Source: Sphagnum compactum (lineage: Eukaryota). Taken from it: a stretch of DNA of 64,000 bases. The notes under the pieces were generated by a model. That model saw only the letters and a program-made list of their open reading frames with translations, did no database searches and was not told the DNA's origin. Below, piece after piece: positions 25,008 to 38,236 of the stretch. Every line of letters begins with the position of its first letter. Within the stretch, counting starts at the first letter, position 1. The DNA is taken from the NCBI GenBank assembly GCA_965153455.1, contig OZ234493.1:20884213-20948212 (forward strand), given 5' to 3'. A program made the position numbers and the translations under genes.

Positions 25008-27746
25008 ATGTCAAGGGATCATCATGTGCCTTATGCAGCAGCCTCAGTGTTAGTGGTGTTGGATGCAAACAACAAGGATATAACAGCGGCTCCACTGTAC
25101 TGGGCACTCGGCAATGTAGTTCGAAAAGGAGATTACCTGAAAATCTTTGGCATCGTCACAACATCCACTGCAAAAAATACTTGTAAGCTTCTCAATTATG
25201 AAACCCGGCTTGCCTGCACATGTCAGGCCACATGATGAATGTAGTCTACATCTTCCACATGCATTTTCAATTAGAAACAGAAGAGTTGATCTCCCACTGA
25301 TGGATTGATTCCAGGATTCATGCGATGAATGGGTTTTGAATGGTGGGGTTTGGGGTTTTGGTGGTGGTGGTGATGGTAGAAAGAGAAGTACTAACTCCCT
25401 CCCACTGATGGATTCTGGGACTCATGTGATTGATTTTGAATGTTGGGTCTGGGGTTTTGGTGGTGCTGATGCTGGTGGAAAGAGAAGTACTACTCCCTCT
25501 GGCCACTGATGGATTGGATTCCAAGTGGGTAATTGTGAATGACATTGTTTGGTTTCGGGTGGGTGGTTCATGCATGAATCTAGTGGGGTTGGGCCGAGGT
25601 GGAGATGAAATAGACTACCGCAACAGATCAATGCAGCAGCTTCAAAATCAAGTCAACATTAAAAAGCAGGCCCTCAACAGCATTCCTCATGTCACCGAAT
25701 GGTGTGAGAAAGCAGGGGTAAACATGATTGATACTACACTACTACAACCCTTAATTAGACTTGAGTAACACACATGAGTCTTGAACGTCTTCTAAGAGCT
25801 TTCTTTGTTCACACAAATTGTCAATGGTGTTTGAATCTGTCTGAACTTCCAGAAACCCCCTTTATTTGGTGGTTTATATCATGAAGCTCCTGTTCTGTAC
25901 TGCAGTTACCACTCAGACTTCAAGTTATGTCAATTCCATTCATGTGAGTTTGGTGTCTTAGTTTTGCATCTCACATGAGAGAGAAGAAGTGATGGGAGAA
26001 GTGTGGTAGCTGCTGTTGTGCAGGTGAAGTTGGAAATTGATGTGAAGGCTGGGTTGCAAGCCAAGGTGATAGCTGTGGATGAAGCCAAGGCCATGGGAGC
26101 TTACCATGTCATTCTTGACAGGTCTTGTGATCTATCATCCTTTTCTTCATTCTTGATAGACTCAATTTCTCTTATTCATACCTAGACAGCTGGAAATCTT
26201 TTGAACATGAACCAAGTCATGGCCGGTCATGCATCTATCCCATTGATTTGGTGGTAGTCCGAATTTGCTTGAAAATATGACTATGAATTTTCTTATACAT
26301 CATGCTTCCGATTGGTGCTTGCAAAAGACATTTGGCTTCATGGAACTAGTGTAACAGAAGTGTTAGAAATCTCATAGGTACCAGGATATGTGATGAGAAC
26401 TCAGACCACCCATGATTTTGATTTTGGGCTGGTAGGCTTGACCTTTAATGTACAATTGTTGGTTCACAGCATTTTGAAGCTCTTGAAAGATTTGTTTAGA
26501 CTGTGATCTGAGTCTCTGTGTGTGGGTGGGGTTTGTATTGGTGTGCAGTAATATGAAGAAGGATAAGAAGTATTTTGTTGACAACTTGACATGCTTTGTG
26601 AGTCGATTGAAAAACAGTGGTGGTGTGGACACTATCCGTACCTTCACCAAGTCTGTCATGGACTCAGCCTCTCGTAAGCCAACTTCAAAAGCCTCAACTT
26701 TGGACACATCTGCTTCTACAGAGTTTGGACATAATACCATCAGAAGCTCCTCATCAACAAGCTCAGCTAGTTTTGATCTGCTAACATGTGATAGCAGTGA
26801 AGACTTGAATCAGTTCAGTACTCAGGACTCCGAGACTCTGTCTTGGCCAAGAACAGACCATGACTCTTCCTCCATACTGGAGAAACCTTTAGAATCACAC
26901 AACTCTCAAGCTGACTTTCAGAACAAGGTGGGCATGATTAGATCCACATCCCTCACAAGGGCAATTAACCTTGAGCCTGGGCTTCGAGTAATCAATCCTG
27001 TGTTGCGGCCAGTGAAGACCAGTGTTGACACTACAGCAGCAGGGGAATCAGCTGGTCCAACACCAGTTGTGACATTGCAGCTTGCATCTCAAGCTTCAAA
27101 TTCAGCTGGTGTAATGAACATCAATCCTGAAAATCACCGCTACACTGCTAGTCCTACTGTGTCCTTACTACATCCACCAAGTATTTTCCCAGCTTGTCCC
27201 CTGATATCTTTTGCTGCATATTTGCTGCTACATTGGATGTGTTTTTGGTGAAACAATCAAAGTGAACTGCAGTGTTATATTGAGTGCTTGAGAAAACCTG
27301 AGGTATCTAGAGATGTTCCAATTTTGGGAAATTTAGAGAGCCAATAATATCTATTTGCTGGTTCTTGTGCAGGTGGATTGAAGACGGTGAGCTCTGAAAG
27401 GGATTTGAGAAGAGGGGGACAAGGAATTCAAGCATCTGGGTCCCCACGTTTTATACATGGTGGTGCAGGCAGCTTCAGCCACACTTCTAGATCAATGCAG
27501 GCAATCAAAAACCAGGTTCGAGCTGACAACATGAAGATGGATATGTATTGGCCTATATTGGACTGGGCCGATTGCCGGCATTCATCTAGGCTGAAAACCA
27601 CATCTCAGACTAGTAATCTGGGAGGTGGATCCAACCTGAATATCAAAGCAGTGAGCAATCTATTGGCATCAGTCCGCAGGCGACATATTGCGTCGTACTC
27701 TTCATCATCATCCCTCCTCTACAATGACATGGTTGACTCCGATTAA
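25008..27746 (+). CDS. USP-like (adenine nucleotide alpha hydrolase-like) domain protein with Ser-rich C-terminal region, ~470 aa, no kinase domain seen
   Basis: Exons 25008-25182, 25584-25717, 26024-26121, 26549-27180, 27373-27746; all GT-AG and in consistent phase (1413 nt). Motifs VLVVLDA..ITAAPLYWALGNVVRKGD and EAKAMGAYHVILDSNMKKDKKYFVDNLTC match the USP-like N-terminus of plant USP-kinases. Last-exon end less certain. Confidence 0.8.
25325..25525. repeat. Intronic direct duplication (~100 bp)
   Basis: GGGGTTTTGGTGGTG.TGATG.TAGAAAGAGAAGTACTA.CTCCCT..CCACTGATGGATT present twice. Confidence 0.7.
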
Positions 27747-29195
27747 TGTGATATCTGACATGATATCATCACTCTTTCTTCAGGTTTGTGTACACAGCAG
27801 CTCACAACCCTCAAATGCTCCCCCACCATCAACCAGCTCAATTTTGTTTCTCTCGATACCCAGTTGGATACACACACTGTTATATGAAGATGATTTTGTT
27901 GTTTTTATTTTTTTCATTTCCATCAATGTTGATTGGGAAAAATGTGCTGATTTCAGGCACATGAGTTTGGGCATCCTTTTTGTAACATTTGGAAACTTAT
28001 TAAGCTGGGTGTTGTAGTACAACCTACTAAATTCAGTTCAGAAATTCTGGTTTGCAGGGATGGGTCAGGCAAGCTCTGGCAACAACATGAAAGATGTAGC
28101 AGTAGCAGCAGCTCCAGCAAATACATGATAAAATCACAATTGATCATCATGTCCAAATTAGGGCATGTTATGCATCTGCACATTGCCAGGAGTTATCAAG
28201 GAGCAGATGATGCACCACAAATGCACAAGCAGGGGAATTATTATTATTATGTGGGAGTGTTGGAGCAAGGAGGTGGAACTGAAAGTTGCTGCTGGAACTA
28301 ACAAACCAGAACACAAAACCACAGCATTATATTGCTTCTTTCACTTCCGTCATAAGAAATGACAGGTAAGTACTTTGGGCTTGATCCTTTTGCATATGAA
28401 CCCACAATTCAAGAATGAAATGGGTGCAGTTTGTAACTTCATATGTTGTTGCAAATTCAGTCATATGAATTGTTATGAAGAAAAGAATTTGAGTTTTTGA
28501 AGCTGAGAAAATGGATGCAGTTGTGTGACCAACACAATCATACAATTAAGCTGTGACTGAAGACAGGGTGAAAAGATGCATCAAATGACAAAGCAACAAT
28601 AGTGGTTTATTCTGAGATAATTCATATAACTACCATGCAGGTGCCAATATCTCAAAGACCTGAGTTTTAAAGGAGATGCCAGCAGTTTGGCTGTTGGGTG
28701 TTGGAGGCAGAAGCTGATAAGGTGATAAATGGTTTGTTTATGAAGTACCTGATTGGGGGATTGTGGATATTTGCTTTTGTTTGAAGGAGAAAAAGAGCTG
28801 GAAATTATTGCTAGAAAGCACATGACCAGCCAAATGAATGACGGATTCACAAGCATAGAGCTCTATACTTCAACAATGTTCGGTATTTGCCACCTTTTGC
28901 TTGACTACAGGCTGTAACAGGCCATCAACCTGGTCTCAGTGCTTCCACACTCAAAGGGGTGCTCACCTACGCCATTGACTTGGGGATTAGCACGAGAGCA
29001 AGGTCACAAGCTTGGAAGTCATGGCACAAATTGGACATCTGTGGTGGGTCGTGGATGGGTGGTGGACTATGCATCCACAGTAAAAGATTGACAGAAATTT
29101 TCCTTTAGCAAAACAACCAAAAGGGTGTATTTTGCTGTGTTTGAAATCGTTATTTGATTTTGTTCTTTTTGTGTGGTGTGTCTTACAAAGTATGC

Positions 29196-29480
29196 AGAGC
29201 AGCTCCACTGGTGCTCAGTATGTGACTCTCCAAAAACATTTCTCACATCCAAGATTAGTTATTTACTTTTTTTCCAACCCCACCCATAAAACTAAAACTG
29301 GGACTGCAAACAGGTGAGAGACTAGGTGTTAGGCTCTGTTATGCCTTTTCCTAGCCTCAGCATCCTGTGGGAAAATGCTGGGCCAAAACCATTTTGCTGA
29401 GCTAAACTCGCATGTTTTGACTTTTCTTCATGCAATTTTATTTTGCTGGGCCACATACTGAGCACCAGTGGAGCTGCTCT
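29196..29480. mobile_element. MITE with perfect 29-bp TIRs, Harbinger/Tourist-like
   Basis: AGAGCAGCTCCACTGGTGCTCAGTATGTG (29196-29224) is the exact reverse complement of 29452-29480. Confidence 0.85.
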
Positions 29481-30125
29481 TCGAGGGTATATGTGCATGG
29501 TTGTGTATCATCTTGAGAGAGTCATGTTCATTTGGAAATCATGATGAAGAGACATTCTGCGAAAATCACTAGATGGTGTCAATTGATTATGCTAATTTGT
29601 TGGTAGCATTGTTGGACTGGAATCAACACTAACTAATAAGTGGACAAGTCCTTAGTGTAGTGCCACCATAAAAGTGGCTTTACTAATGGTTGAAATTCAA
29701 TTACACAAGTGGGTTGAATTATAGGGTCATTTCAATGGCTTGTTATAAGTTAATGGTTGGAATAAATTGAGTATTGGCAACACTGAATTTGCATAACCCA
29801 TAATGAGGTTCTTTCAATAGGAGAAGGGAAAAAATTAATGGTAGCAAGGTTGGAATATGTAAGTATTTGGATAAATAATTGGATGAAGGTCTTCACTTCC
29901 ATTCCAAAAGGCCTAAAGTCCAAAAATTTCAATACAATTTCGTTTTGCAACCAAGCAACTAGGAAAGCAATTTTCAAAATCCAAAAGTATTTGGGAAAGA
30001 AATAATTTCTCTTTGGAAGTAATCAAGGCTTTTGAATGAAATTGGCTTTCTGGATTTAAAACAAGCTCCCCCCAAAAATCACCATAAATAATCTAGTTCC
30101 CAAAAACAACCCTTCCCCAACAATT

Positions 30126-30135
30126 GGGGGGGGGG

Positions 30136-30166
<31 letters not shown>
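30126..30166. repeat. Poly-G tract abutting the Copia LTR
   Basis: Direct inspection. Confidence 0.9.
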
Positions 30167-30488
30167 TAGAAAATGCAAAACTTTATAATCTTCAAAGAAC
30201 TTACATGAACAACAACTACAACATGGAATGGGATCCTTCCTATATATATGTCCATAATGATCTTGCATACAGTGATGGTAATGATCAGCAGTGATGGTTG
30301 GCGATAATTAACTAAAAAGAAAAAGAACTAACTACTACTTACTAATAATTAATACTTGAACTTATGTGGCTCTTCATATAACAGCTATTACCTTCTCAGT
30401 CTGAGAGAGTCACATGTCCCCTTAACTCACAAAGAGTCAAATAAGAAATATGCTAAAATGATCAAGATTGTTAAATAATTCTCCTACA
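30165..30488 (-). repeat. Copia 3' LTR (minus strand), preceded by polypurine tract 30489-30512
   Basis: Reverse complement of 37917-38236 (TGTAGGAGAATTATTT...TTGCATTTTCTAC); PPT on minus strand GATTGAAAAGGGG..GTG. Confidence 0.9.
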
Positions 30489-31805
30489 CACCCCCCCCCC
30501 CCCCCCTTTTCAATCCTGACTTTCTTGGAATGAAGTATTTTTCTAATGATGAGATTTTTTAAATAAAATTATGATTATTATTATTGTAAAATTTATGAAC
30601 TATTTGAAAAAATCCTTCAACCCATGGTCCAAACTATTGATGATTTTTATTGGCAAATGTTAAAATTTTATGATTATTAGAATAATTCATCCAAGTTTGT
30701 TATTCCTAATTGTCTCCTTGATTCTACAAACTTCAGTCTTCCCATTGGTTTTGACAGCATGTCTGCTTTTTGCTTCGTTGTTGGAATGTATGCAACTTCC
30801 ACATTTCCAACGACAACATGCTCCCTAATGTAGTGATGTTCAATTTCAATGTGTTTTGTTCTTGCATGATAAACATGGTTCTTCACAAGTTTTATGCTAG
30901 ATTGGTTGTCACAAAACAACATAGTTGGTCCTTCTTGCGGTCTGTGCATATCAGCTAGTAAGTTCCATAACCACACAATTTCTTTGGCTCCTTCTGCCAA
31001 AGTCTGGTATTCTGCTTTAGTGGTTGACATTGCAGTAGTTGGCTGAAGCTTGCTACTCCAGTGAATTGGCGCACGTCCAGTTTGAACACCATGCCCGATG
31101 TGGTTCTTCTTTTGTTTAAATTCCTTCCCCAATCCGAATCTGTGTAGTTGATCAATGTTGTCGTACCTACATGAAGATAGAATACTCCATAACATGTTGT
31201 TCCCTTGATGTATCACAAAATCCTTTTTATAGTAGTGAAATGAGTTTGTTGTGGTGCTCTAAGATACTAGCTCACACAACTCACAGCAAAGGATATGTTT
31301 GGCCTTGAATGGGTCAAGAAAATCAAGCTTCCAACCATACTTTGGTACATGAACTCTTTTCCCATGTTCGATTGTAGTTGTAATCCTTCCTCCATCGAGG
31401 TTGAAACAAGGTTGTTGTTCTCCATTTTAAACCTTCACAGCAGCTTGTTGGCATATTTGTTTTGCGAAAAAAAAATTCTTGTTGAAAGGTACACAAACTC
31501 AAGTCCAATGTACTATTGCATGGTTCCAAGACTAGACATTTTGAATTTAGCAGAAAGTTGAATTTCAAGGTCCTTTATTTTCTCAACATGTCCTCTTGTA
31601 ATCATTAAATCATCAACATAAAGGATGATGATAATACACTTATCTCCCTTCATCATGTGATACAAGTTGTGGTCAACGTTGCTTCTAGTTAGACCTTGTT
31701 GCTGAAGAAACTCGTCCATTTTTTAATACCATGCACATGGAGCTTGCTTAAGGCCATAAATGGCTTTTTGAAATCTACAAACTAGCTTCTCCTTGCCTGG
31801 AACCA
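30165..31805 (-). mobile_element. Ty1/Copia element, 3' half: RT C-terminal part, RNase H, PPT, 3' LTR (decayed)
   Basis: LVPGKEKLVCRFQKAIYGLKQAP..WY; ILYVDDLMI; YTDSDWG; WSSKLQ..STTKAEY; CDNQSSIKL..YHARTKHIEIEHHYIRE..ADMLSK. Confidence 0.92.
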
Positions 31806-32075
31806 ATTTTGGAAATAAAGATGGCACTTGAGGATGTAAGGAAAACAACCATAATCATGAAAGTTGGATTGTTTGATTGGAATGTTATGCCTTTTGGCAT
31901 GAAAAATGCAACTAACATTCTTTCAAGGATGACAATTGAGGTTTTTGGAGAACACATAGATAAGTTCTTGAAGATGTTTGTTGATGACCTTAACATATAC
32001 ATCATGACATGGGAAGAACACTTGGAGCATCTCTCATTCATGTTGTTGAAGTTAAGGGAAGCCAATTTAAAAGTC
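31806..32075 (+). mobile_element. Ty3/Gypsy RT middle segment, displaced
   Basis: IKMALEDVRKTT..VMPFGMKNA..FVDDLNIY..WEEHLEHL..KLREANLK. Confidence 0.9.
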
Positions 32076-32812
32076 AGTTTAGCTATAGATCTAGAGTAGA
32101 TAACCATTAAGACTGCCCTAGCTAGACATCAAAACATCTTCAATTAGAGGCATGAGGAATGCATCTCTTCTAGTCTATTGATTCATTGACATGTAGTCCC
32201 CACATAATCAACAACTCCCATCTTTCTTTACTAGAAGTGTCATTCTATAAGCATATTTTGATGTGCTAGGTTTCATTTTCCCCAATGCAACCAAATCATC
32301 TATTTTCCTCTTCACTTTTACCTCTTCCCAAAAAGATAACCTACTTGGAGTAATGTGGCACAACGGAAACCCTTGTGTATCCACAATATGTTCTCCAAGC
32401 TTGTTTAACAACTTCACGTTCACAATTTCCATCTTCAAATGCATCTTGGTTAGATTCCCCATTAGTTTGATTACTTTCTAAAACAAAATCCAAACTCTGT
32501 ATATCATTTGTAATGTCCATATGTTATAAACTTACATCCATCTTCATTTTATTTTCTTGATCTACATTGGACTTAGGTTGCACTTTTTCCATAACAACTT
32601 GCAACGTATTAACCCTATTTAACATGTTAATATTTGTATGTTGTTTTAGGTCTTTGCCTAACTTGGATCATTCCCTTCTTCACATCTACAATTGCCCTTA
32701 TCTTGATCAACAAATCCAATCTCAACAAGAGATGATAGATGAATGGGTCTACAATCACGAATGTCATGAAACATTTCTCCCACCCTTATAAGTATCTCAT
32801 TTATCCTTCCTA

Positions 32813-33139
32813 GTGTTTAACATCAAAAATTTAACATGTGACGAATTAATAATGAAAATCGTGTGAAGTTTGTTCATTTGTAGGTTCATACATTTTACAT
32901 ACAAATATCACGTGTTGAAAACATGTTTGACACATAGATAAATGTGTTGATGGATGAAGTACGAACCTATGAATGAATGAATGTTGCACAAATTTTTCAT
33001 TTTCATATAAATCCATTTGTCAAATGTGTTTTCAATGCATGATATCAATCCAAGAAACATACGAATTATGAATGAACAAATTTTGCATGATTTTCATTAT
33101 TACATCATGAGATGTTAAATTTGTGATGAAATAGTACAC
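32813..33139. mobile_element. Foldback/MITE-like insertion nested in the Gypsy element
   Basis: Long imperfect inverted arms (CATCAAAAATTTAACAT..ATAATGAAAATC vs GATTTTCATTATT..GATGTTAAATTTGTGATG); GTGT/ACAC ends flanked by CTA on both sides. Confidence 0.6.
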
Positions 33140-33969
33140 CTAAAGCAATCTTATATGACTTTGACCCTACCACCATATGCATAATTCTTACTTCACATAC
33201 CATTTTAATGCCATGATAGACAAAAATGTTCCCATATCAACCAACCCTTCCACCACATTGTTGTTAACTTCTACTAGTAGATGTAAAGTTTTACTCTGGT
33301 GACTTTTGTTGATGCAAATCTTATGGATTGCCAAAAAAAAATCTAGCTTGAATGCATTAAATGGTTTCAAATTTTCATCTCACTTCTTCCATGCCAACGT
33401 AACCAAACTCTCAAGGTATTTTAATTTTCCAAGAATAAATAAAATTGTCTCCATTGAAAATAAGGCAATCTTGCATTTGATAAATTGTTTAAGGATCTTC
33501 AATCATGCGTATATCCTTCCCTTAGGATATCCATTGGTCATGTTTGCATGGTTTTATCTTCAACTTTATTAGTTTTTGGTGCCTTCATTTCCATTTGCAA
33601 CCTTTTTTTCGATAGTTTTGCACCGTAAAAGATATCATGTTTGGTCCCACACAATCGACGGCCTCATCATCAACAAGAACTTGTAGGTAATTATTGGTTG
33701 CCAACTCAAGGTTTGACATCTTTCCCCTTCTTCTAGCATTTGTCCTCTATATGGTTCATTCTTGTACAATATCCACATCTAACACCATAGTTTTTTGTCC
33801 TATGAGGAAGATCACCACATTTACCACATTTGGATTTAAAATCTCCTATTCTTAAACATATAGTAGCAAGATGATCTATGGAATTGCATAGTTGGCATGT
33901 AAAAGAGTTATTATTCTTGGAGAACTTGCTCCATGACTTGTTGAAACTCCTTGTTTGAAAAGTTTATGA

Positions 33970-34578
33970 GGGTGAATGCAAGTTATAATGGCTCACTTTT
34001 TGTGACCCATTGCAATTTTTTGCAAGGTGTAGTGAATTAACATGCCATAAAATTATTTATATGCACAATTGGGACGGTTTAAGATTTTCAACTTCAATCA
34101 AAACTATCTATATATATTTGTGCACAATAAATGTGCACCATTATGTAGTAATGGACTTTTGAAGTGAAAACATATGAATTGTCTCGTACATCTATTCTTC
34201 CCATACATATGAAATTTTCAATATCATTTTTTAAAAATATATCTTATAGGAACTTAATATTTGATCAATGAAAAAAAAACATAGATTTGAAAACTTCATT
34301 ACAAAAGCTTTAACCAAAATATAATTATGAACTTTCGAATGATCAAAATCTATACCTTATTTTCAAAAGTCTTTACATGGGTCATTTTTTGTCGGATTGA
34401 TGATTTTTTTCCTTGTAAAATGTATGTCAAAATATTTCTAAGTGGATATATTTTCATATGAACTTAATTAGCTCATTAACCAACCCATAGTCCCCCATTT
34501 ATGGTAATTTGACACCAAAAAATGGAATTTTATGGACTTTTTATTTGTCAAAAAGGAACCACTTAACCCTGTTTACCC
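33970..34578. mobile_element. Non-coding insertion nested in Gypsy gag, GGGT/ACCC ends, 4-bp TSD ATGA
   Basis: ATGA|GGGTGAA ... TTTACCC|ATGA; AT-rich interior interrupts the gag-like sequence. Confidence 0.5.
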
Positions 34579-36312
34579 ATGAATGATATAATAAAAGATT
34601 TGACCTATTTTTCCACCATTTCATCAACCATAATTCCTTCTTCCAACTTTTCTTTCAAAGGTTTACCCAATTCAACCACTACCCATTCTACTGTTAAAGT
34701 TGTAACAAACATAACATCCATGTTTACATAATCCCACATTACACAAAAAAATTTAATTTTAGAACAAAGCTGAAGAAAAAACCTTCTCTTTTGTTCTGCA
34801 TCTTCAAGCTTGCTTTTTATAAACAAATTTTCCATTTTATCATAATAAGCGTGCACCAATTGTTTGAGATCATGTTTGATCACATCTTATTTAACTACAA
34901 TCTCTTCCTTATCAACATTCCCATATTTCAATAGCATGGCTACTTTCAATATGGCTTGCTAATTAATAGGAGTTGTAAATAGCTTCTTGGAACATTATTT
35001 AGATTTGCCTTTTAAGTTCAATCTACCAATCTTGAACAAATTTTGTTCATCAATCCCTATTACTTATGCTGTCATTTCCAACCTTTCCACCCAATCATTG
35101 ACATCCTCAAATACCCTACCCCAAAACAACTCATCCATGTCATTAGGGCTTGTCATTTTAAATTGTTATCCTATTACTAATGAGTAACATTCTTAATATC
35201 TATCCTATGCATAAATTAACATGATCTTCACTTTCATTAATCGAGATGTTCTCTCTCATAAGGCCATGTTCTAACACCCAAGATAGTAATTTGGATGTAA
35301 TTCTAACATGTTGTACTCTAACAATTCTATCTCCCTTTCTGAACAATTTTTCCATGTTAGGTACAAAAATCCTAACATATCAAGTTCCTTTTAAATTGGA
35401 AGAGTAGGTATTTAAATATTTCCTACATAAGGTGGGGGTTTCTTCTTCTCAACATCTTGAAAAACAAACTCAAAACTAAAGGTTTTAAAGGGTTTATTTG
35501 GAATTGAAAATTTTCCTTTGTTTTCAGAGCTCTTTTCCATTTTATGAATGGTTGTGAACAAAATATTTTCCAACGTTGTAATGTGATGCTAATGATGTTC
35601 TAAACTTCATTCTCCTAAACATCAATGCTACCTTTCTTCTCCAAATGATGTTGCACCAAAGTCTATAGGTGTTGCAACAAATGTAATAGTTTCACAAGTC
35701 CTAAAAGTCCATTGGATTTTTTTATGTTGATCTCATCCTACTTTCCAACTTATCACCTTAGAGAAATATCCAATATGTTCCACCTTAATAAGTTTGTTTC
35801 AAGGTGCAAACAACTTTTCCATCCTATAAATAATGAAACATACTTTGTGGTTTTTTTTATCTTATTGCAAATTAGGATTCCATATGTTTCCATTACGAGG
35901 AATGGAATCGAAGAAGTGAAAAAAGTAAGTTATTTTCTAAAATTGAACAACAATTTGCCAGGCTCTGTTGCCATTGCACATCTTCATCTAAATATAAACC
36001 TGAGCCTTAAAGCCTTTATGGGATATTTTTATTGCTAAGTCTCCCATTCTAGCCTTTGTTGGGTCCAATCCAATAATGTTAATCACTCCAAATCCAATAA
36101 TGTGAAAAATAATGGATCCTTATACTAGTGTAGCCATTCACGCATCTTGGTCAAATTGTTGTATCAACTGCTACTCATACACCACTTGTGAATCTTCCTT
36201 GATAAATGTATCTTCTTCATTAAAATATGTCATCCTACAACCAAGTCACACATTATATCCTTAATTCACAAGCTTTTTATTCAACATAGTCACATTAGAT
36301 AAAACCGTTTTA

Positions 36313-37357
36313 ATACCAAAAAGGTGGGTGCAATACTTATGTTATGGATTCACAACAACACATGGCAAGAACACAAATGGATCTTTTAATAAGAATAATC
36401 CACATTTATTACAACCGTACATATCCATAATTCTCCTACATAGTATTCTTACACGATTAAATTCATAATCCTAAACCTATTGGCACAAGGTGGATTAGAG
36501 TATTCCAAATCTCAACTCATTGGGCTATTGTGATTTTTTGATATGGCATCCTAGACACACAACTCATAAATATAACATAAATATAACATCTTGACTTGCC
36601 CCACACAAAATGTCATAACAATTAGCCCGCATTGACTCCTTTGCAATCACAAATTGGGAAGGTCCTAACAAGAAAAATTCCCAACCTCCTAGAACACCAC
36701 CATTTGAAACTCCACACAACAAATGAATTCTTAAAAGAAAAAACCTATACTTAAAACTCCCATATTGATAAGTGCTTGACCTCCCCACACATGCACAACA
36801 TTGTAAATTCCTTACAAACATTCATATAACCGCATATGCCATAAACATATTAGCCCACATTGACCCCTTACAACCTCTCATGAGCTCCAACCATGTTTCT
36901 AAGGACTCATCCACCTTCAACTTCCTAATTATTGAATCCCCTATGTAGTGGATATTTTGGAGATCCATGCATAGATCAAATGAAGTTCACATTTAGGGTA
37001 TTTTTCTCATCAATGTGACTATGACATAGATAAAAACCAAAGAAAACATCAACCTCCTAAAATCATGGAATGTGAAAGTGTACTTAACTTCACAATGTTG
37101 TTGTTATTTATCCTTATTATCCAAAGGTTCCACTCCATTGTTGGCACCAAGCGCATCCACACACAAGAAAAACAAAAGAACACTAGGCTAATGCCAAACT
37201 GTCACCATTTCCATTGCCACTCCCCAAATCATTGAACACTCAACTAAATGATAAACGACAAAGTAGGAGGTGGTTTTTGGCACTTAGATTAAAACAAGTA
37301 CATTTCCTTTCACACCATAAACCCTAACAACATTGTTAGATACAATTATGGGTTACA
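36313..37357 (-). repeat. Gypsy 5' LTR (minus strand)
   Basis: Reverse-complement similarity to 42658-43694 along its length; starts TGTAACC on minus strand; outer flank ACAT. Confidence 0.85.
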
Positions 37358-37916
37358 ATGTTTTCCAAAAACAAAAGAGTCGACATTTGAACTTCAATTC
37401 CTTCAAGAACCAAATTGAAAGATTTAAAATACTTACATTCTAAATGAATGAAATTTGTTTAGCTCATTGACAATTTGTGATCAAGCATGGAGATCGAAGA
37501 AAAGTTCTAATGTGTAATTTGGTAGTTTGGAAGGAGTAGCTAAAAACTCCTTTCCTTGAGTGATTTTTCAAATAATGACAACAATGATTTTTGTGTAAGG
37601 TAACGCCCCAACCCAAGGGCATTAGCCAGTGAAAAACACAACTCAAGTTTATTTATTTATTTATTTTAATCATGATATGTGATGGGTACGAGTGGGGTGT
37701 TTGCTAGATATCATGGTAAAAAATAAAAAATAACATGAGCTTTTCAAAAAACAAAAACACCTGCTTTTGTGGCCATTTCAATTTTCAAAATGCTTGCTTG
37801 TTGCTAATGCCTAATCATGGCATATAAGGCACCAGGCTTCCATTTACATTGCCACAAAAATGCAAATGGTTTTATGACCATTTAATATGTTTAGTGAAAA
37901 ACTTGTTCTCGCACCT

Positions 37917-38236
37917 TGTAGGAGAATTATTTAGCAATCATGATCATTTTAGCATACTTCTTATTTGACTATTTGTGAGTTATGGGGACATGTGACTCTC
38001 TAGAAATGGAGAAGGTAGTAGTTGTTACATGAAGAGTCACATAAGTTCAAGTATTAGTTATTAGTAGTAGTTAGTTCTTTTTCTTCTAGTTAATTATTGC
38101 CGACCATCACCACCTACCATTACCACCGTTATGTGCAAGATCACTATGGACATATATATAGGAAGGATCCCATTCCATGTTGTAGTTGTTGTTCATGTAA
38201 ATGCTTTGAAGATAATAAAGCTTTGCATTTTCTACA
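37917..38236 (+). repeat. Copia 5' LTR followed by tRNA-Met-type PBS TGGTATCA (38237-38244)
   Basis: TGTA...TACA termini; matches 30165-30488 in reverse. Confidence 0.9.

Larger units (their letters stand above)
32076..37357 (-). mobile_element. Ty3/Gypsy element, 5' half: 5' LTR, PBS, gag, protease, RT N-terminus (decayed, with nested insertions)
   Basis: gag remnant 34883-34605 (YYDKMENLF..EQKRRF); protease GLVDMGT ~33250; RT N-terminus TLLVKKDGSC..CGDY..RRDAFLMPLIED..WLSTLDL ending ~32080; PBS-like TGGTATTA on minus strand at ~36318-36311. Confidence 0.85.

Noticed and set aside
30160-30166. Copia target-site duplication
   Set aside because: Flanks in element orientation are CACCT and CCCCC; the poly-G run obscures it, so it cannot be claimed.
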